A program made the position numbers and the translations under genes. The notes under the pieces are model-generated. The model searched no databases and was not told the origin of the DNA. It saw nothing but the letters and a program-made list of their open reading frames with translations. Below are positions 48,101 through 63,100 of a stretch of 64,000 bases of DNA, piece after piece; positions within the stretch are counted from its first letter, which is position 1, and every line of letters starts with the position of its first letter. The stretch is from Dicyema japonicum (lineage: Eukaryota; Animalia; Dicyemida), in contig RDEW01000023.1 in assembly GCA_011109175.1 (NCBI GenBank), forward strand, positions 862,468-926,467, given 5' to 3'.

Positions 48101-51100
48101 TTATAAATGTATATGCTCATACATTTCCAAAACTCTCTAAAACCCAACGGAACTGAAATATTTTAACAGTTCAATATCCACAACCCTTATGGTAATATCC
48201 ACGAGGTATGTACTTTACATAAGTGCGAGATTGGAACGCGAAAGTCGGAAAATGTGCGGAGAACTGAGCTTCATGGGTACCCATGGGTGAGGTCAGAAAA
48301 ACATGTCTGAAGCAACTATGGCCAACTTTGTGATTAATAAACAATTATTCATTTGCAACACAGCATTCCAGCACGCTGCAAGGCATATCAAGACCTGGAC
48401 TGATGAACGCCGAGACTTAAATGGACATTTAATCAAAATATATAACCAATTTGACTACATTCTGTTTCGACAATCACAGAAAACCCTATTCTCAGATTCC
48501 AGAACATATGGAAGGAACGCTAACATAGAGTGACTATAAACTATTAGTAATCACACTTCTCTTAAAGAAAAGATTTTGGATTAACAGAGTCAAAAACAGA
48601 CACAGAGAAGTTAGATACGCATTCGAATTCTAAAGAAACATTCTTATCTGCGTAAATAGCTACGCAGATAATATATCACAAACTATAGAATCGTTCAATC
48701 TCAATTTACCTGCTGGAAGTTTATGGAATAAACTCGTTGAAAAATAAAGAAAAAATCCCAGAATATCCACGAAACATTGCTACAGAACTTTGCAAATGAA
48801 GTAGGATAGTACTAACACGTATATGCATCTGTAAAGATGCTATCGCGAAAAAAGTATTCTGCAAATCTAACAGTTCATGATGAACTAGGAAGAACCATTT
48901 ACAACAACCAGGAAACCTACATACACCATAGCTAATCACTTAGAAAAATATTTCAATTTTTATAAGAAGAATCACTTTATGCGTTTGATGGACTCCCCAG
49001 AAAGCTATCACCAATTAAAACTTAACAAATTTAAAAACTGTGACTAGACTAAACAACTCAACAGCCCCAGAGCCTAGATATGTTAATGCAGAGCTCATAA
49101 AATACGCTCATGAAGATTTTCTAAACTCATTACTTACATTCCGAACAAAACATTTGAGGAATACTCCAGAATAAAATTGGAATCAGAAAATTAATCCCTT
49201 TACATAACTAAAAAGGAAATAAAATAGCTAAACAGCTAAGACCAATCAAACATGACTGAGCAAAATTCTATCGTAATCGCTGTAGACAGAATAAAAGCCC
49301 CACTACGTTGATTTATCGAAGCTAGCCAAAGTGGGTTTTCTTTGGAAGATCAACTTCCGATGCCGTTTGGAGCCACAAATGGATCTGTGCTTCATGCCAA
49401 AAATATAAAGATGAGTACCATATAATGGGAATCGACCTATCTAAGGCATTAGAGTCAATCAGTATATCAAGATAATACGAATATTAACACCACTATCAAG
49501 GAAGATTGCATCAGAATAATTCGTTATCTATTCTCCTCCACTCAACTATTTTTCCAGCTCGGAAATCAGAATTCCAGAGTATTAAGAACAAACAAAGGCA
49601 CCCCTCAAAGAGACGGCAAATCCCCGTTATTATTCATCACAAATCTGGAAGGAAATCCTACAATTGCATAGCTGACAGATGGCTCAATTAATTGTTTGTG
49701 CAATTTATTTATTTAACCCCAAGACCACCAGGATAGATAGGTCAAAACTGACTAATTAGGTGATCCCAGCTACCAGTAACATCCGAACTCTCTTCATTTG
49801 GTCTTCTGATGATCCAACCGCATTCCAGATGCGTCTTCTCTTCCTTCTGCAAAGGAATTCTATCGGCGTGCACTTTTTTATTACCGACCGAAATCCCTCT
49901 GCATGGGCCACCTTTTCCTTGATTGGGTTTCCCAGTTCCTTTTAGAAACGTAGGAAATCCTTGCCATTTTTCAACGTTTCTTCATCAGAAACGATTGACT
50001 CGAGAACGTTAAAGAGAGTCGAAAATTACACCAATGATCTTCTGAGTCCTCGTAAAAGGGATGGGAGTGTTTCCGATGGATATCTTGACTCCACCTTTAA
50101 ATCTTCTGTCCGTAGTGAATAATGTGAACTGAGACTTGGATGCTGATACACATAACATATTTGAAGATGGCCAGTGACAACTCTTGTTAGGTGTGTCTGA
50201 ACAGTTGCTACAGCCATGGTTGGAGATTTATTTCTTGCAGAGATAATTAGGTCGTCTGCATAGGATAAAAACATAGTGTCCTGATCATTGGTAGTAGCTA
50301 GGTCATGTAGAAAAAGGTTAAAAATAAGAGAAGATAAATCGGAGCCTTGCAGAACCCCATTGTAAAGTAGTCTTAATTTTGAAGAGCTTTTGTCAATTCG
50401 GACCCTTCCGCGTCGTTCAGTTAAGAAGTTTTCCAGCCATAGCTTGATGTTTGGGTGTAAGTTCGAGTTAAAAATCTTTTGAGTTAGGAGTTTCCTCGGA
50501 ACATATTCAAAGGCCTTCTGTATGTCGATGAATAGTAAGGCCGTCCGTAAGTGTGTTCTCATGTTGAAGCCGTAAGTAATAAACTGCAGGTGTGCTTATT
50601 AATAATAACTTTACTAACGTTGTTTTGGTGTGCTTATTATTAATAACAACGATCTACAAGAGCTATACTATTAAAAATTTGAAGAGGAGATCAAGACAGT
50701 TCGCACATCTATATAAACATAAAAGACGTCAATTCCTTACCATTCTCTAGCTTTTGATTACTCTGGAAATGTGTTTATACAGATCTCTATTACATTGAGA
50801 ATTGAGCCATCAAAATTTCTAACATGCTATACTCGTTCGACTTGACAAGGGTCAATAAGACTGAGAGACAAAGGCTTAGGTATCTTCCGAATTTGGCTAA
50901 TCGATTCTAACTTCATGCTTTCGTCTTTCTTTAGACAGTCTCTCAGTTTTTTGTTTAAGGATAGCTTAATTGCAGTTCTAATCTTTTTTCCGAGGTATAA
51001 GCACATATCACAAAAGAACCAGTCCTCGCATCAATAAAGTACTCCAAGAAACATGAGACTTGTTTTACAAATATTACTGAGTCTTACAAAAAATCGTAAT

Positions 51101-54100
51101 ACCATCTTAATTTGAAGAATACAAGTTATGGCTGTTGCATGACAAATCAGTATGGACGAGTTTATAATTATTATCTGATTCTTGTGGCTTAGTGATCGTT
51201 AAGTAGGATGACCCAAATCAAATATTTTATCACTATGTGTAGAATCTTGGTGTATATCTAGTATTACTAGTTCTATCTGTTTATGTAAGAAGGTCAACAG
51301 ATAAAAGATAGTCTCAATTTCTTCATCTTCGCAACAATTATATAGTAGAGTCGAGAGACTTAAATCAAAATTATTTCATTTATAAATATATACGATTCAA
51401 ATAAAAAGATTATATTTCAAATTAACTCGAAAAATATTGATATTTAAAAATGAAGTTTAAATACTATAATAAAATGTATTTATATAAAACGTGATATTGT
51501 ATTTTGATTTATCGTTTTGAACATGTAGTTTTGTTGTTCAAAAATATTAAAATATTAAAGTCATATTTTTTTGTTTGTGTACTTACATTTTTGAAAATTT
51601 TTAATTTATTCTTGGCAAAATGATTATTCATATTATTTCTTGGAAGATCGTCTGTATTATATCCCCTAAAGTATTATAAAAACTTACTTATTATTATTTA
51701 TTACAAATTCATAATGTGACATAATTTCACTGCTCTCGAAACTATAATAATAAAAATAAGTTTATACTAATAACGTGCTGATGAATACTTTGTAAATCGG
51801 ATATTTTCAATTTTTTCAAAATTATAAATTAAAAATTTGATTCTGTTTTTAGTTTTATCAAAAAAATCGTTTTTAAAAAAATTCTATTATATTAAGTAAT
51901 CAAAAACGTTGAATATTATTTCATATGAAGTTATTCGGATAAATGTATTTACATTATTGGTTATCTCATTATCTCTTTAAAAATTTAAATTTTTTTTGAC
52001 AAACCTTGTCGAATCGATAAAATTTGCAGATATTATTGTGAATGAATCAGTAATATAATAATTTCTATTGCTGGATTTAAGATATCTAAATCTTTCTATC
52101 AATGTTTATAGTAGTGTAATACATAATAAATATGAACATTTATTGGATCTGACATTACATTGTAGAGTTTATTGCATGTTAATATACGTCGAATTATACA
52201 AGCTTCCATAACCAACTATTTAAATAAAAAACTATAAATAATTTAATTTAATATAAATTATCAATTATTAGTTTATATTTTTAAATTCTTAAAAAAAGTT
52301 ATCACTTCTCCACGATATTTTTGGTTGAGGTTGATGACGCATCTCAAATTGCACTCATGTCTTTTTCACTCTTTCGAAACTCTCTGTTGACGCTAGCATC
52401 CTTCAAAGTTTGAGGAGTAAAGTCGTCGGTCAAAAAAAGACTATTCTGCCAGGATATGTTACGGTACAATATTACTAAGAGACGAAACTCCAAGAAGCAC
52501 TTAACGAACAAAATGCTGACCATGACCTTATCATTCTTCCTTCGGAATGTCATCAATACGAAATGGGATTTGCGGTGGATACCAGACTCCGGGAATATAT
52601 AAAAAGAATATTGAAAGTGAATGACAGAATTTGCGTAATTGAATTAGAAACTGGATCTAACTCTACAATTACAATTATAAATGTATATGCTCATACATTT
52701 CCAAAACTCTCTAAAACCCAACGGAACTGAAATATTTTAACAGTTCAATATCCACAACCCTTATGGTAATATCCACGAGGTATGTACTTTACATAAGTGG
52801 AGATTGGAACGCGAAAGTCGGAAAATGTGCGGAGAACTGAGCTTCATGGGTACCCATGGGTGAGGTCAGAAAAACATGTCTGAAGCAACTATGGCCAACT
52901 TTGTGATTAATAAACAATTATTCATTTGCAACACAGCATTCCAGCACGCTGCAAGGCTATCAAACCTGGACTGATGAACGCCGAGACTTAAATGGACATT
53001 TAATCAAAATATATAACCAATTGACTACATTCTGTGTGACAATCACAGAAACCTATTTTTAGATTCCAGAACATATGGATGGAACGCTAACATCGAGTGA
53101 TCATAAACTATTGGTAATCAAATTTCTCCTAAGAGAAATTTGGATTAACAGAGTCAAAACAGACACAGAGAACTTAGATACGCATTCGAATTCTAAAGAA
53201 ACATTCTTATCTACGTAAATAGCTATTCAGATAATATATCACAAACTATAGAATCGTTCAATCTCAATTTACTGCTGGAAGTTTAGGAATAAACTCGTTG
53301 AAAAATCAAGAAAATCCCAGAATATCACGAAACATAGCTACAGAACCTTGCAAATGAAGTAGGAATAGTACTAATACGTATATGCATCTGTAAAGATGCT
53401 ATCGCGAAGAAGTATTCTGCAAATCTAACAGTTCATGATGAACTAGGAAGAACATTTACAACAACCAGGAACCTACAGACACATAGCTAATCACTTAGAA
53501 AAATATTTCAATTTTTCTAAGAAGAATCACTTTATGCGTTTGATGGACTCCCCAGAAAGCTATCACAATTAAACCTTAACAGAATTTTAAAAACTGTGAC
53601 TAGACTAAACAACTCAACAGCCCAGGCCTAGATATGTTAATGCAGAGCTCATAAAATACGCTCATGAAGATTTTCTAAACTCATTACTTCATTCCAACAA
53701 AACATTTGAGGAATACTCCAGAATAAAATTGGAATCAGAAAATTAATCCTTTACATAAAACTGAAAAGGAAATAAAATAGCTAAACAGCTTTAGACCAAT
53801 CAAACATGACTGAGCAAAATTCTATCGTAATCGCTGTAGACAGAATAAAGCCCACTACGTTGATTTATCGAAGCTAGCCAAAGTGGGTTTGTATTTGGAA
53901 GATCAACTTCCGATGCCGTTGAGCCAAATGGATCTGTTCTTCATGCCAAAAATATAAAGATGAGTACATATAATGGGAATCGACTATCTAAGGCATTTGA
54001 GTCAATCAGTATATCAAGATAATACGAATATTACACCACTATCAAGGAAGATTGCATCAGAATAATTCGTTATCTATTCTCCTCCACTCAACTATTTTTC

Positions 54101-57100
54101 CAGCTCGGAAATCAGAATTCCAGAGTAATTAAGAACAAACAAAGGCACCCTCAAAGAGACGCCATATCCCCGTTATTATTCATCACAAATCTGAGGAAAT
54201 CCTACAATTGCATAGCTGACAGATGGCTCAATTAATTGTTTGTGCAATTTATTTATTTAACCCCAAGACCACCAGGAAGATAGGTCAAAACTGACTAATT
54301 AGGTGATCCCAGCTTCCAGTAACATCCGAACTCTCTTCATTTGGTCTTCTGATGATCCAACCGCATTCCGATGCGTTTCTCTTCCTTCTGCAAAGGAATT
54401 CTATCGTGCACTTTTTTATTACCGACCGAAATCCTCTGCATGGCCACCTTTTCCTTGATTGGGTTTCCCAGTTCCTTTAGAAACGTAGAAATCCTTGCCA
54501 TTTTCAACGTTTCTTCATCAGAAACGATGACTCGAGAACGTTAAAGAGAGTCGAAAATTACACCAATGATCTTCTGGGTCCTCGTAAAAGGGATGGGTGT
54601 TTCCGATGGATATCTTGACTCCACCTTTAAATCTTCTGTCCGTAGTGAATAATGTGAACTGAGACTTGGATGCTGATACACATAACATATTTGAAGATGG
54701 CCAGTAACAACTCTTGTTAGGTGTGTCTGAACAGTTGCTACAGCCATGGTTGGAGATTTATTTCTTGCAGAGATAATTAAATCGTCCGCATAGGATAAAA
54801 ACATAGTGTCCTGATCATTGGTAGTAAGTAGGTCATGTAGAAATAGGTTGAAAAGGAGAGGAGATAAATCGGAGCCTTGCAGAACCCCATTGTAAAGTAG
54901 TCTTAATTTGAAGAGCTTTTGTCAATTCGGACCCTTCCGCGTCGTTCAGTTAAGAAGTTTTTCAGCCATAGCTTGATGTTTGGGTGTAAGTTCGAGTTAA
55001 AAATCTTTTGAGTTAGGAGTTTTCTCGGAACATATTCAAAGGCCTTCTGTATGTCGATGAATAGTAAGGCCGTCCGTAAGTGTGTTCTCATGTTGAAGCC
55101 GTAAGTAATAAACTGCAGTGTGCTTATTAATAATAACTTTACTAACGTTGTTTTGGTGTGCTTATTATTAATAACAACGATCTACAAGAGCTATACTATT
55201 AAAAATTTGAAGAGGAGATCAAGACAGTTCGCACATCTATATAAACATAAAAGACGTCAATTCCTTACCATTCTCTAGCTTTTGATTACTCTGGAAATGT
55301 GTTTATACAGATCTCTATTACATTGAGAATTGAGCCATCAAAATTTCTAACATGCTATACTTGTTCGACTTGACAAGGGTTAATAAGACTGAGAGACAAA
55401 GGCTTAGGTATCTTCCGAATTTGGCTAATCGATTCTAATTTCATGCTTTCGTCTTTCTTTAGACAGTCTCTCAGTTTTTGTTTAAGGATAGCTTAATTGC
55501 AGTTCTAATCTTTTTCCGAGTATAAGCAAATATCACAAAAGAACCAGTCCTCGCATCAATAAAGTACTCCAAGAAACATGAGACTTGTTTTACAAATATT
55601 ACTGAGTCTTACAAAAAATCGTAATACCATCTTAATTTGAAGAATACAAGTTATGGCTGTTGCATGACAAATCAGTATGGACGAGTTTATAATTATTATC
55701 TGATTCTTGTGGCTTAGTGATCGTTAAGTAGGATGACCCAAATCAAATATTTTATCACTATGGTAGAATCTTGGTGTATACTAGTATTACTATTCTATCT
55801 GTTATGTAAGAAGGTCAACAGATAAAAGATAGTCTCAATTTCTTCATCTTCGCAACAATTATAAAGTAGAGTCGAGAGACTTAAATCAAAATTATTTCAT
55901 TTATAAATATATACGATTCAAATAAAAAGATTGTATTTCAAATTAACTCGAAAAAATTGATACTTAAAAAATGAAGTTTAAATACTATAATAAAATGTAT
56001 TTATATAAAACGTGATATTGTATTTTGATTTATCGTTTTGAACATGTAGTTTTGTTGTTCAAAAATATTAAACATTAAAGTCATATTTTTTAGTTTGTGT
56101 ACTTACATTTTTGAAAATTTTAATTTATTCTTGGGAAAATGACTATTCCTATAATTTCTTGGAAGATCGTCTGTATTATATCCCCTAAAGTATTATAAAA
56201 ACTTGCTTATTATTATTTATTACAAATTCATAATGTGACATAATTTCACTACATTCTAAACTAAAATAAAAAAATAGGTTTATACTAATTACTTGGTAAT
56301 GAATACTCTGTAATTTGGATATTTTCAATTTTTTCAAAATTATAAATTAATAATTTTATTCTGTTTTTAGTTTTATCAATAAAATCGTTTTTTTTTAATT
56401 CTATAATATTAAGTAATTAAAAACGTCGAATATTATTTCGTATGAAGTTATTCGGATAAATGTATTTATACCTTTAGTTATCTCATTATCTCTAAAAATT
56501 TTAAATTTTTTGACAAACCTTGCTGAATCGCTAAAATTTGCAGATATTATTGTTAATGAATTAGTAATAAAATAATTTCTATTGCTGGATTTACAGATAT
56601 CTAAATCTTTCTATCAATGTTTATAGTAGTGTAATACATAATAAATATGAACATTTATTGGATCTGACATTAAATTGTTGAGTTTATTGCATGTTAATAT
56701 ACGTTGAATTATACAAGCTTCCATAACCAACTATTTAAATAAAAAACTATAAATAATTTAATTTATATAAATTATCAATTATTAGTTTATATTTTTAAAT
56801 TAAAAATATTAGAACAATTATACTTCCTTAAAAAAAGTTATCACTTCTCCACGATATTTTTGGTTGAGGTTGATGACGCATCTCAAATTGCACTCATGTC
56901 TTTTTCACTCTTTCGAAACTCTCTGTTGACGCTAGCATCCTTCAACGTTCGAGGAGTAAAGTCGTCGGTCAAAAAAAGATTATTCTGCCAGGATCTGAAA
57001 CGGTACAATATTACTAAGAGACCAAACTCCAAGAAGCACTTAACGAACAAAATGCTGACCATGACCTTATCATTCTTCCTTCGGAATGTCATCAATACGA

Positions 57101-60100
57101 AATGGGATTTGCGGTGGATACCAGACTCCGGGAATATATAAAAGAATATTGAAAGTGAATGACAGAATTTGCGTAATTGAATTAGAAACTGGATCTAACT
57201 CTACAATTACAATTATAAATGTATATGCTCATACATTTCAAAAACTCTCTAAAACCCAACGGAACTGAAATATTTTAACAGTTCAATATCCACAACCCTT
57301 ATGGTAATATCCACGAGGTATGTACTTTACATAAGTGGAGATTGGAACGCGAAAGTCGGAAAATGTGCGGAGAACTGAGCTTCATGGATACCCATGGGTG
57401 AGGTCAGAAAAACATGTCTGAAGCAACTATGGCCAACTTTGTGATTAATAAACAATTATTCATTTGCAACACAGCATTTCAGCACGCTGCAAGGCATATC
57501 AAGACCTGGACTGATGAACGCCGAGACTTAAATGGACATTTAATCAAAATATATAACCAATTGACTACATTCTGTGTCGACAATCACAGAAAACCCTATT
57601 TTTAGATTCCAGAACATATGGATGGAACGCTAACATCGAGTGATCATAAACTATTGGTAATCAAATTTCTCCTAAAGAAGAAGATTTTGGATTAACAGAG
57701 TCAAAAACAGACACAGAGAACTTAGATACGCATTCGAATTCTAAAGAAACATTCTTATCTACGTAAATAGCTACTCAGATAATATATCACAAACTATAGA
57801 ATCGTTCAATCTCAATTTACCTGCTGGAAGTTTATGGAATAAACTCGTTGAAAAATAAAGAAAAAATCCCAGAATATCCACGAAACATAGCTACAGAACC
57901 TTGTAAATGAAGTAGGATAGTACTAACACGTATATGCATCTGTAAAGATGCTATCGCGAAAGAAGTATTCTGCAAATCTTACAGTTCATGATGAACTAGG
58001 AAGAATCATTTACAACAACCAGGAACCTACAGACACCATAGCTAATAACTTAGAAAAATATTTCAATTTTTATAAGAAGAATCACTTTATGCGTTTGATG
58101 GACTCCCCAGAAAGCTATCACCAATTAAAACTTAACAGAATTTTAAAAACTGTGACTAGACTAAAAAAACAGCCCAGAGATATGTTAATGCAGAGCTCAT
58201 AAAATACGCTCATGAAGATTTTCTAAACTCATTACTTACATTCCGAACAAAACATTTGAGGAATACTCCAGAATAAAATTGGAATCAGAAAATTAATCCC
58301 TTTACATAAAACTGAAAAAGAAATAAAATAGCTAAACAGCTTAAGACCAATCAAACATGACTGAGCAAAATTCTATCGTAATCGCTGTAGACAGAATAAA
58401 AGCCCTACTACGTTGATTTATCGAAGCTAACCAAAGTGGGTTTGTCTTTGGAAGATCAACTTCCGATGCCGTTTGGAGCCACAAATGGATCTGTTCTTCC
58501 TGCCAAAAATATAAAGATGAGTACCATATAATGGGAATCGACCTATCTAAGGCATTTGACTCAATCAGTATATCAAGATAATACAAATATTAACACCACT
58601 ATCAAGGAAGATTGCATCAGAATAATTCGTTATCTACTCTCCTCCACTCAACTATTTATCCAGCTCGGAAATCAGAATTCAAGAGTATTCGGAACAAAGA
58701 AGGGCACCCCTCAAGGAAAAGCCATATCTCCGGTATTATTCATCACATATCTGAAGGAAATCCTACTATTGCATAGCTGACAGATGGCTCAATTAATTGT
58801 TTGTGCAATTTATTTATTTAACCCCAAGACCACCAGGAAAGATAGGTCAAAACTGACTAATCATGTGATCCCAGCCTCCAGTAACATCCGAACTCTTTTC
58901 ATTTGGTCTTCTGATGATCCAACCGCATTCCGGATGCGTCTTCTCTTCCTTCTGCAAAGGAATTATATCGGCGTGCACTTTTTTATTACCGACCGAAATC
59001 CCTCTGCATGGGCCACCTTTTCCTTGATTGGGTTTCCCAGTTCCTTTTAGAAACGTAGGAAATCCTTGCCATTTTTCAACGTTTCTTCATCAGAAACGAG
59101 TGACTCGAGAACGTTAAAGAGAGTCGAAAATTACACCAATGATCTTCTGGCTCCTCGTAAAAGAGATGGGAGTGTTTCCGATGGATATCTTGATCCCACC
59201 TTAAAATCTTATGTCCGTAGTGAATAATGTGAACTGAGACTTGGATGCTGATACACATAACATATTTGAAGATGGCCAGTCACAACTCTGGTTAGGTGTG
59301 TCTGAACAGTTGCTACAGCCATGGTCGGAGATTTATTTCTTGCAGAGATAATTAGGTCGTCTGCATAGAATAAAAACATAGTGTCCTGATCATTGGTAGT
59401 AGCTAGGTCATGTAGAAAAAGGTTGAAAATAAGAGAAGATAAAGGGGAGCCTTGCAGAACCCCATTGTAAAGTAGTCTTAATTTTGAAAAAGTTTTGTCA
59501 ATTCGGACCCTTCCGCGTCGTCCAGTTAAGAAGTTTTCCAGCCATAGCTTGATGTTTGGGTGTAAGTTCGAGTTAAAAATCTTTTGAGTTAGGAGTTTCC
59601 TCGGAACATATTCAAAGGCCTTCTGTATGTCGATGAATACTAAGGCCGTCCGTAAGTGTGTTCTCATGTTGAAGCCGTAAGTAATAAACTGCGGTGTGCT
59701 TATTAATAATAACTTTACTAACGTTGTTTTCCGGTCTGCTTATTATTAATAACAACGATCTACAAGAACTATACTATTAAAAATTTGAAGAGGAGATCAA
59801 GACAGTTCGCACATCTATATAAACATAAAAGACGTCAATTCCTTAACATTCTCTAGCTTTTGATTACTCTGGAAATGTGTTTATACAGATCTCTATTACA
59901 TTGAGAATTGAGCCATCAAAATTTCTAACATGCTATACTCGTTCGACTTGACAAGGGTCAATAAGACTGAGAGACAAAGGCTTAGGTATCTTCCGAATTT
60001 GGCTAATCGATTCTAACTTCATGCTTTCGTCTTTCTTTAGACAGTCTCTCAGTTTTTTGTTTAAGGATAGCTTAATTGCAGTTCTAATCTTTTTTCCGAG

Positions 60101-63100
60101 GTATAAGCACATATCACAAAAGAACCAGTCCTCGCATCAATAAAGTACTCCAAGAAACATGAGACTTGTTTTACAAATATTACTGAGTCTTACAAAAAAT
60201 CGTAATACCATCTTAATTTGAAGAATACAAGTTATGGCTGTTGCATGACAAATCAGTATGGACGAGTTTATAATTATTATCTGATTCTTGTGGCTTAGTG
60301 ATCGTTAAGTAGGATGACCCAAATCAAATATTTTATCACTATGGGTAGAATCTTGGTGTATACCTAGTATTACTAGTTCTATCTGTTTATGTAAGAAGGT
60401 CAACAGATAAAAGATAGTCTCAATTTCTTCATCTTCGCAACAATTATAAAGTAGAGTCGAGAGACTTAAATCAAAATTATTTCATTTATAAATATATACG
60501 ATTCAAATAAAAAGATTGTATTTCAAATTAACTCGAAAAATATTGATACTTATAAAATGAAGTTTAAATACTATAATAAAATGTATTTATATAAAACGTG
60601 ATATTGTATTTTGATTTATCGTTTTGAACATGTAGTTTTGTTGTTCAAAAATATTAAAACATTAAAGTCATATTTTTTTGTTTGTGTACTTACATTTTTA
60701 AAAATTTTTAATTTATTCTTGGCAAAATGATTATTCATATTATTTCTTGGAAGATCGTCTGTATTATATTCCCTAAAGTATTATAAAAACTTACTTATTA
60801 TTATTTATTACAAATTCATAATGTGACATAATTTCACTACTCTCGAAACTATAATAATAAAAATAAGTTTATACTAATAACGTGCTGATGAATACTTTGT
60901 AAATCGGATATTTTCAATTTTTTCAAAATTATAAATTAAAAATTTGATTCTGTTTTTAGTTTTATCAAAAAAATCGTTTTTAAAAAAATTCTATTATATT
61001 AAGTAATCAAAAACGTTGAATATTATTTCATATGAAGTTATTCGGATAAATGTATTTACATTATTGGTTATCTCATTATCTCTTTAAAAATTTAAATTTT
61101 TTTTGACAAACCTTGTCGAATCGATAAAATTTGCAGATATTATTGTGAATGAATCAGTAATATAATAATTTCTATTGCTGGATTTAAAGATATCTAAATC
61201 TTTCTATCAATGTTTATAGTAGTGTAATACATAATAAATATGAACATTTATTGGATCTGACATTACATTGTTGAGTTTATTGCATGTTAATATACGTTGA
61301 ATTATACAAGCTTCCATAACCAACTATTTAAATAAAAAACTATAAATAATTTAATTTAATATAAATTATCAATTATTAGTTTATATTTTTAAATTAAACA
61401 TATTAGAACAATTATACTTCCTTAAAAAAAGTTATCACTTCTCCACGATATTTTTGGTTGAGGTTGGTGACGCATCTCAAATTGCACTCATGTCTTTTTC
61501 ACTCTTTCGAAACTCTCTGTTGACGCTAGCATCCTTCAACGTTCGAGGAGTAAAGTCGTCGGTCAAAAAAAGACTATTCTGCCAGGATATGTTACGGTAC
61601 AATATTACTAAGAGACGAAACTCCAAGAAGCACTTAACGAACAAAATGCTGACCATGACCTTATCATTCTTCCTTCGGAATGTCATCAATACGAAATGGG
61701 ATTTGCGGTGGATACCAGACTCCGGGAATATATAAAAAGAATATTGAAAGTGAATGACAGAATTTGCGTAATTGAATTAGAAACTGGATCTAACTCTACA
61801 ATTACAATTATAAATGTATATGCTCATACATTTCCAAAACTCTCTAAAACCCAACGGAACTGAAATATTTTAACAGTTCAATATCCACAACCCTTATGGT
61901 AATATCCACGAGGTATGTACTTTACATAAGTGGAGATTGGAACGCGAAAGTCGGAAAATGTGCGGAGAACTGAGCTTCATGGGTACCCATGGGTGAGGTC
62001 AGAAAAACATGTCTGAAGCAACTATGGCCAACTTTGTGATTAATAAACAATTATTCATTTGCAACACAGCATTCCAGCACGCTGCAAGGCATATCAAGAA
62101 CTGGAACGCGCGAGACTTAAATGGACATTTAATCAAAATATATAACCAATTTGACTACATTCTGTGTCGACAATCACAGAAAACCCTATTTTTAGATTCC
62201 AGAACATATGGATGGAACGCTAACATCGAGTGATCATAAACTATTGGTAATCAAATTTCTCTAAAGAGAAGATTTTGGATTAACAGAGTCAAAAACAGAC
62301 ACAGAGAACTTAGATACGCATTCGAATTCTAAAGAAACATTCTTATCTACGTAAATAGCTATTCAGATAATATATCACAAACTATAGAATCGTTCAATCT
62401 CAATTTACCTGCTGGAAGTTTATGGAATAAACTCGTTGAAAAATAAAGAAAAAATCCCAGAATATCCACGAAACATTGCTACAGAACTTTGCAAATGAAG
62501 TAGGATAGTACTAACACGTATATGCATCTGTAAAGATGCTATCGCGAAAGAAGTATTCTGCAAATCTTACAGTTCATGATGAACTAGGAAGAATCATATA
62601 CAACACAACCAGGAACCTACAGACACCATAGCTAATCACTTAGAAAAATATTTCAATTTTAATAAGAAGAATCACTTTATGCGTTTGATGGAGTCGACAG
62701 AAAGCTATCACCAGAAAAAACCTTAACAGAAGTTTAAAAACTGTGACTAGACTAAACAACTTAACAGTCCTAGGTTTAATTTAAGTTAATGCAGAACTAA
62801 TAAATTACGCTCCTGAAACGTTTCTAAACTGATTAGTTACATTCCTAACAAAACATTTGAGGAATACAGCAGAATAACATCGAAATCGGAAAAATAATCC
62901 CCTTACATAAAACGGGGATGGAAAAAGGATAGCTAAACAGCTTAAGACCAATAAAACATGACTGAGCAAAATTCTATCGTAATCGCTCTGGACAGAATAA
63001 AAGCCCCACTACGTTGAATTATCGGAGCAATCCAAAGTAAATTTTCTCCGGAAGCTAAACTTCCGATGCTGTGTGGAGCCACAAATGGATGTGTGATTCA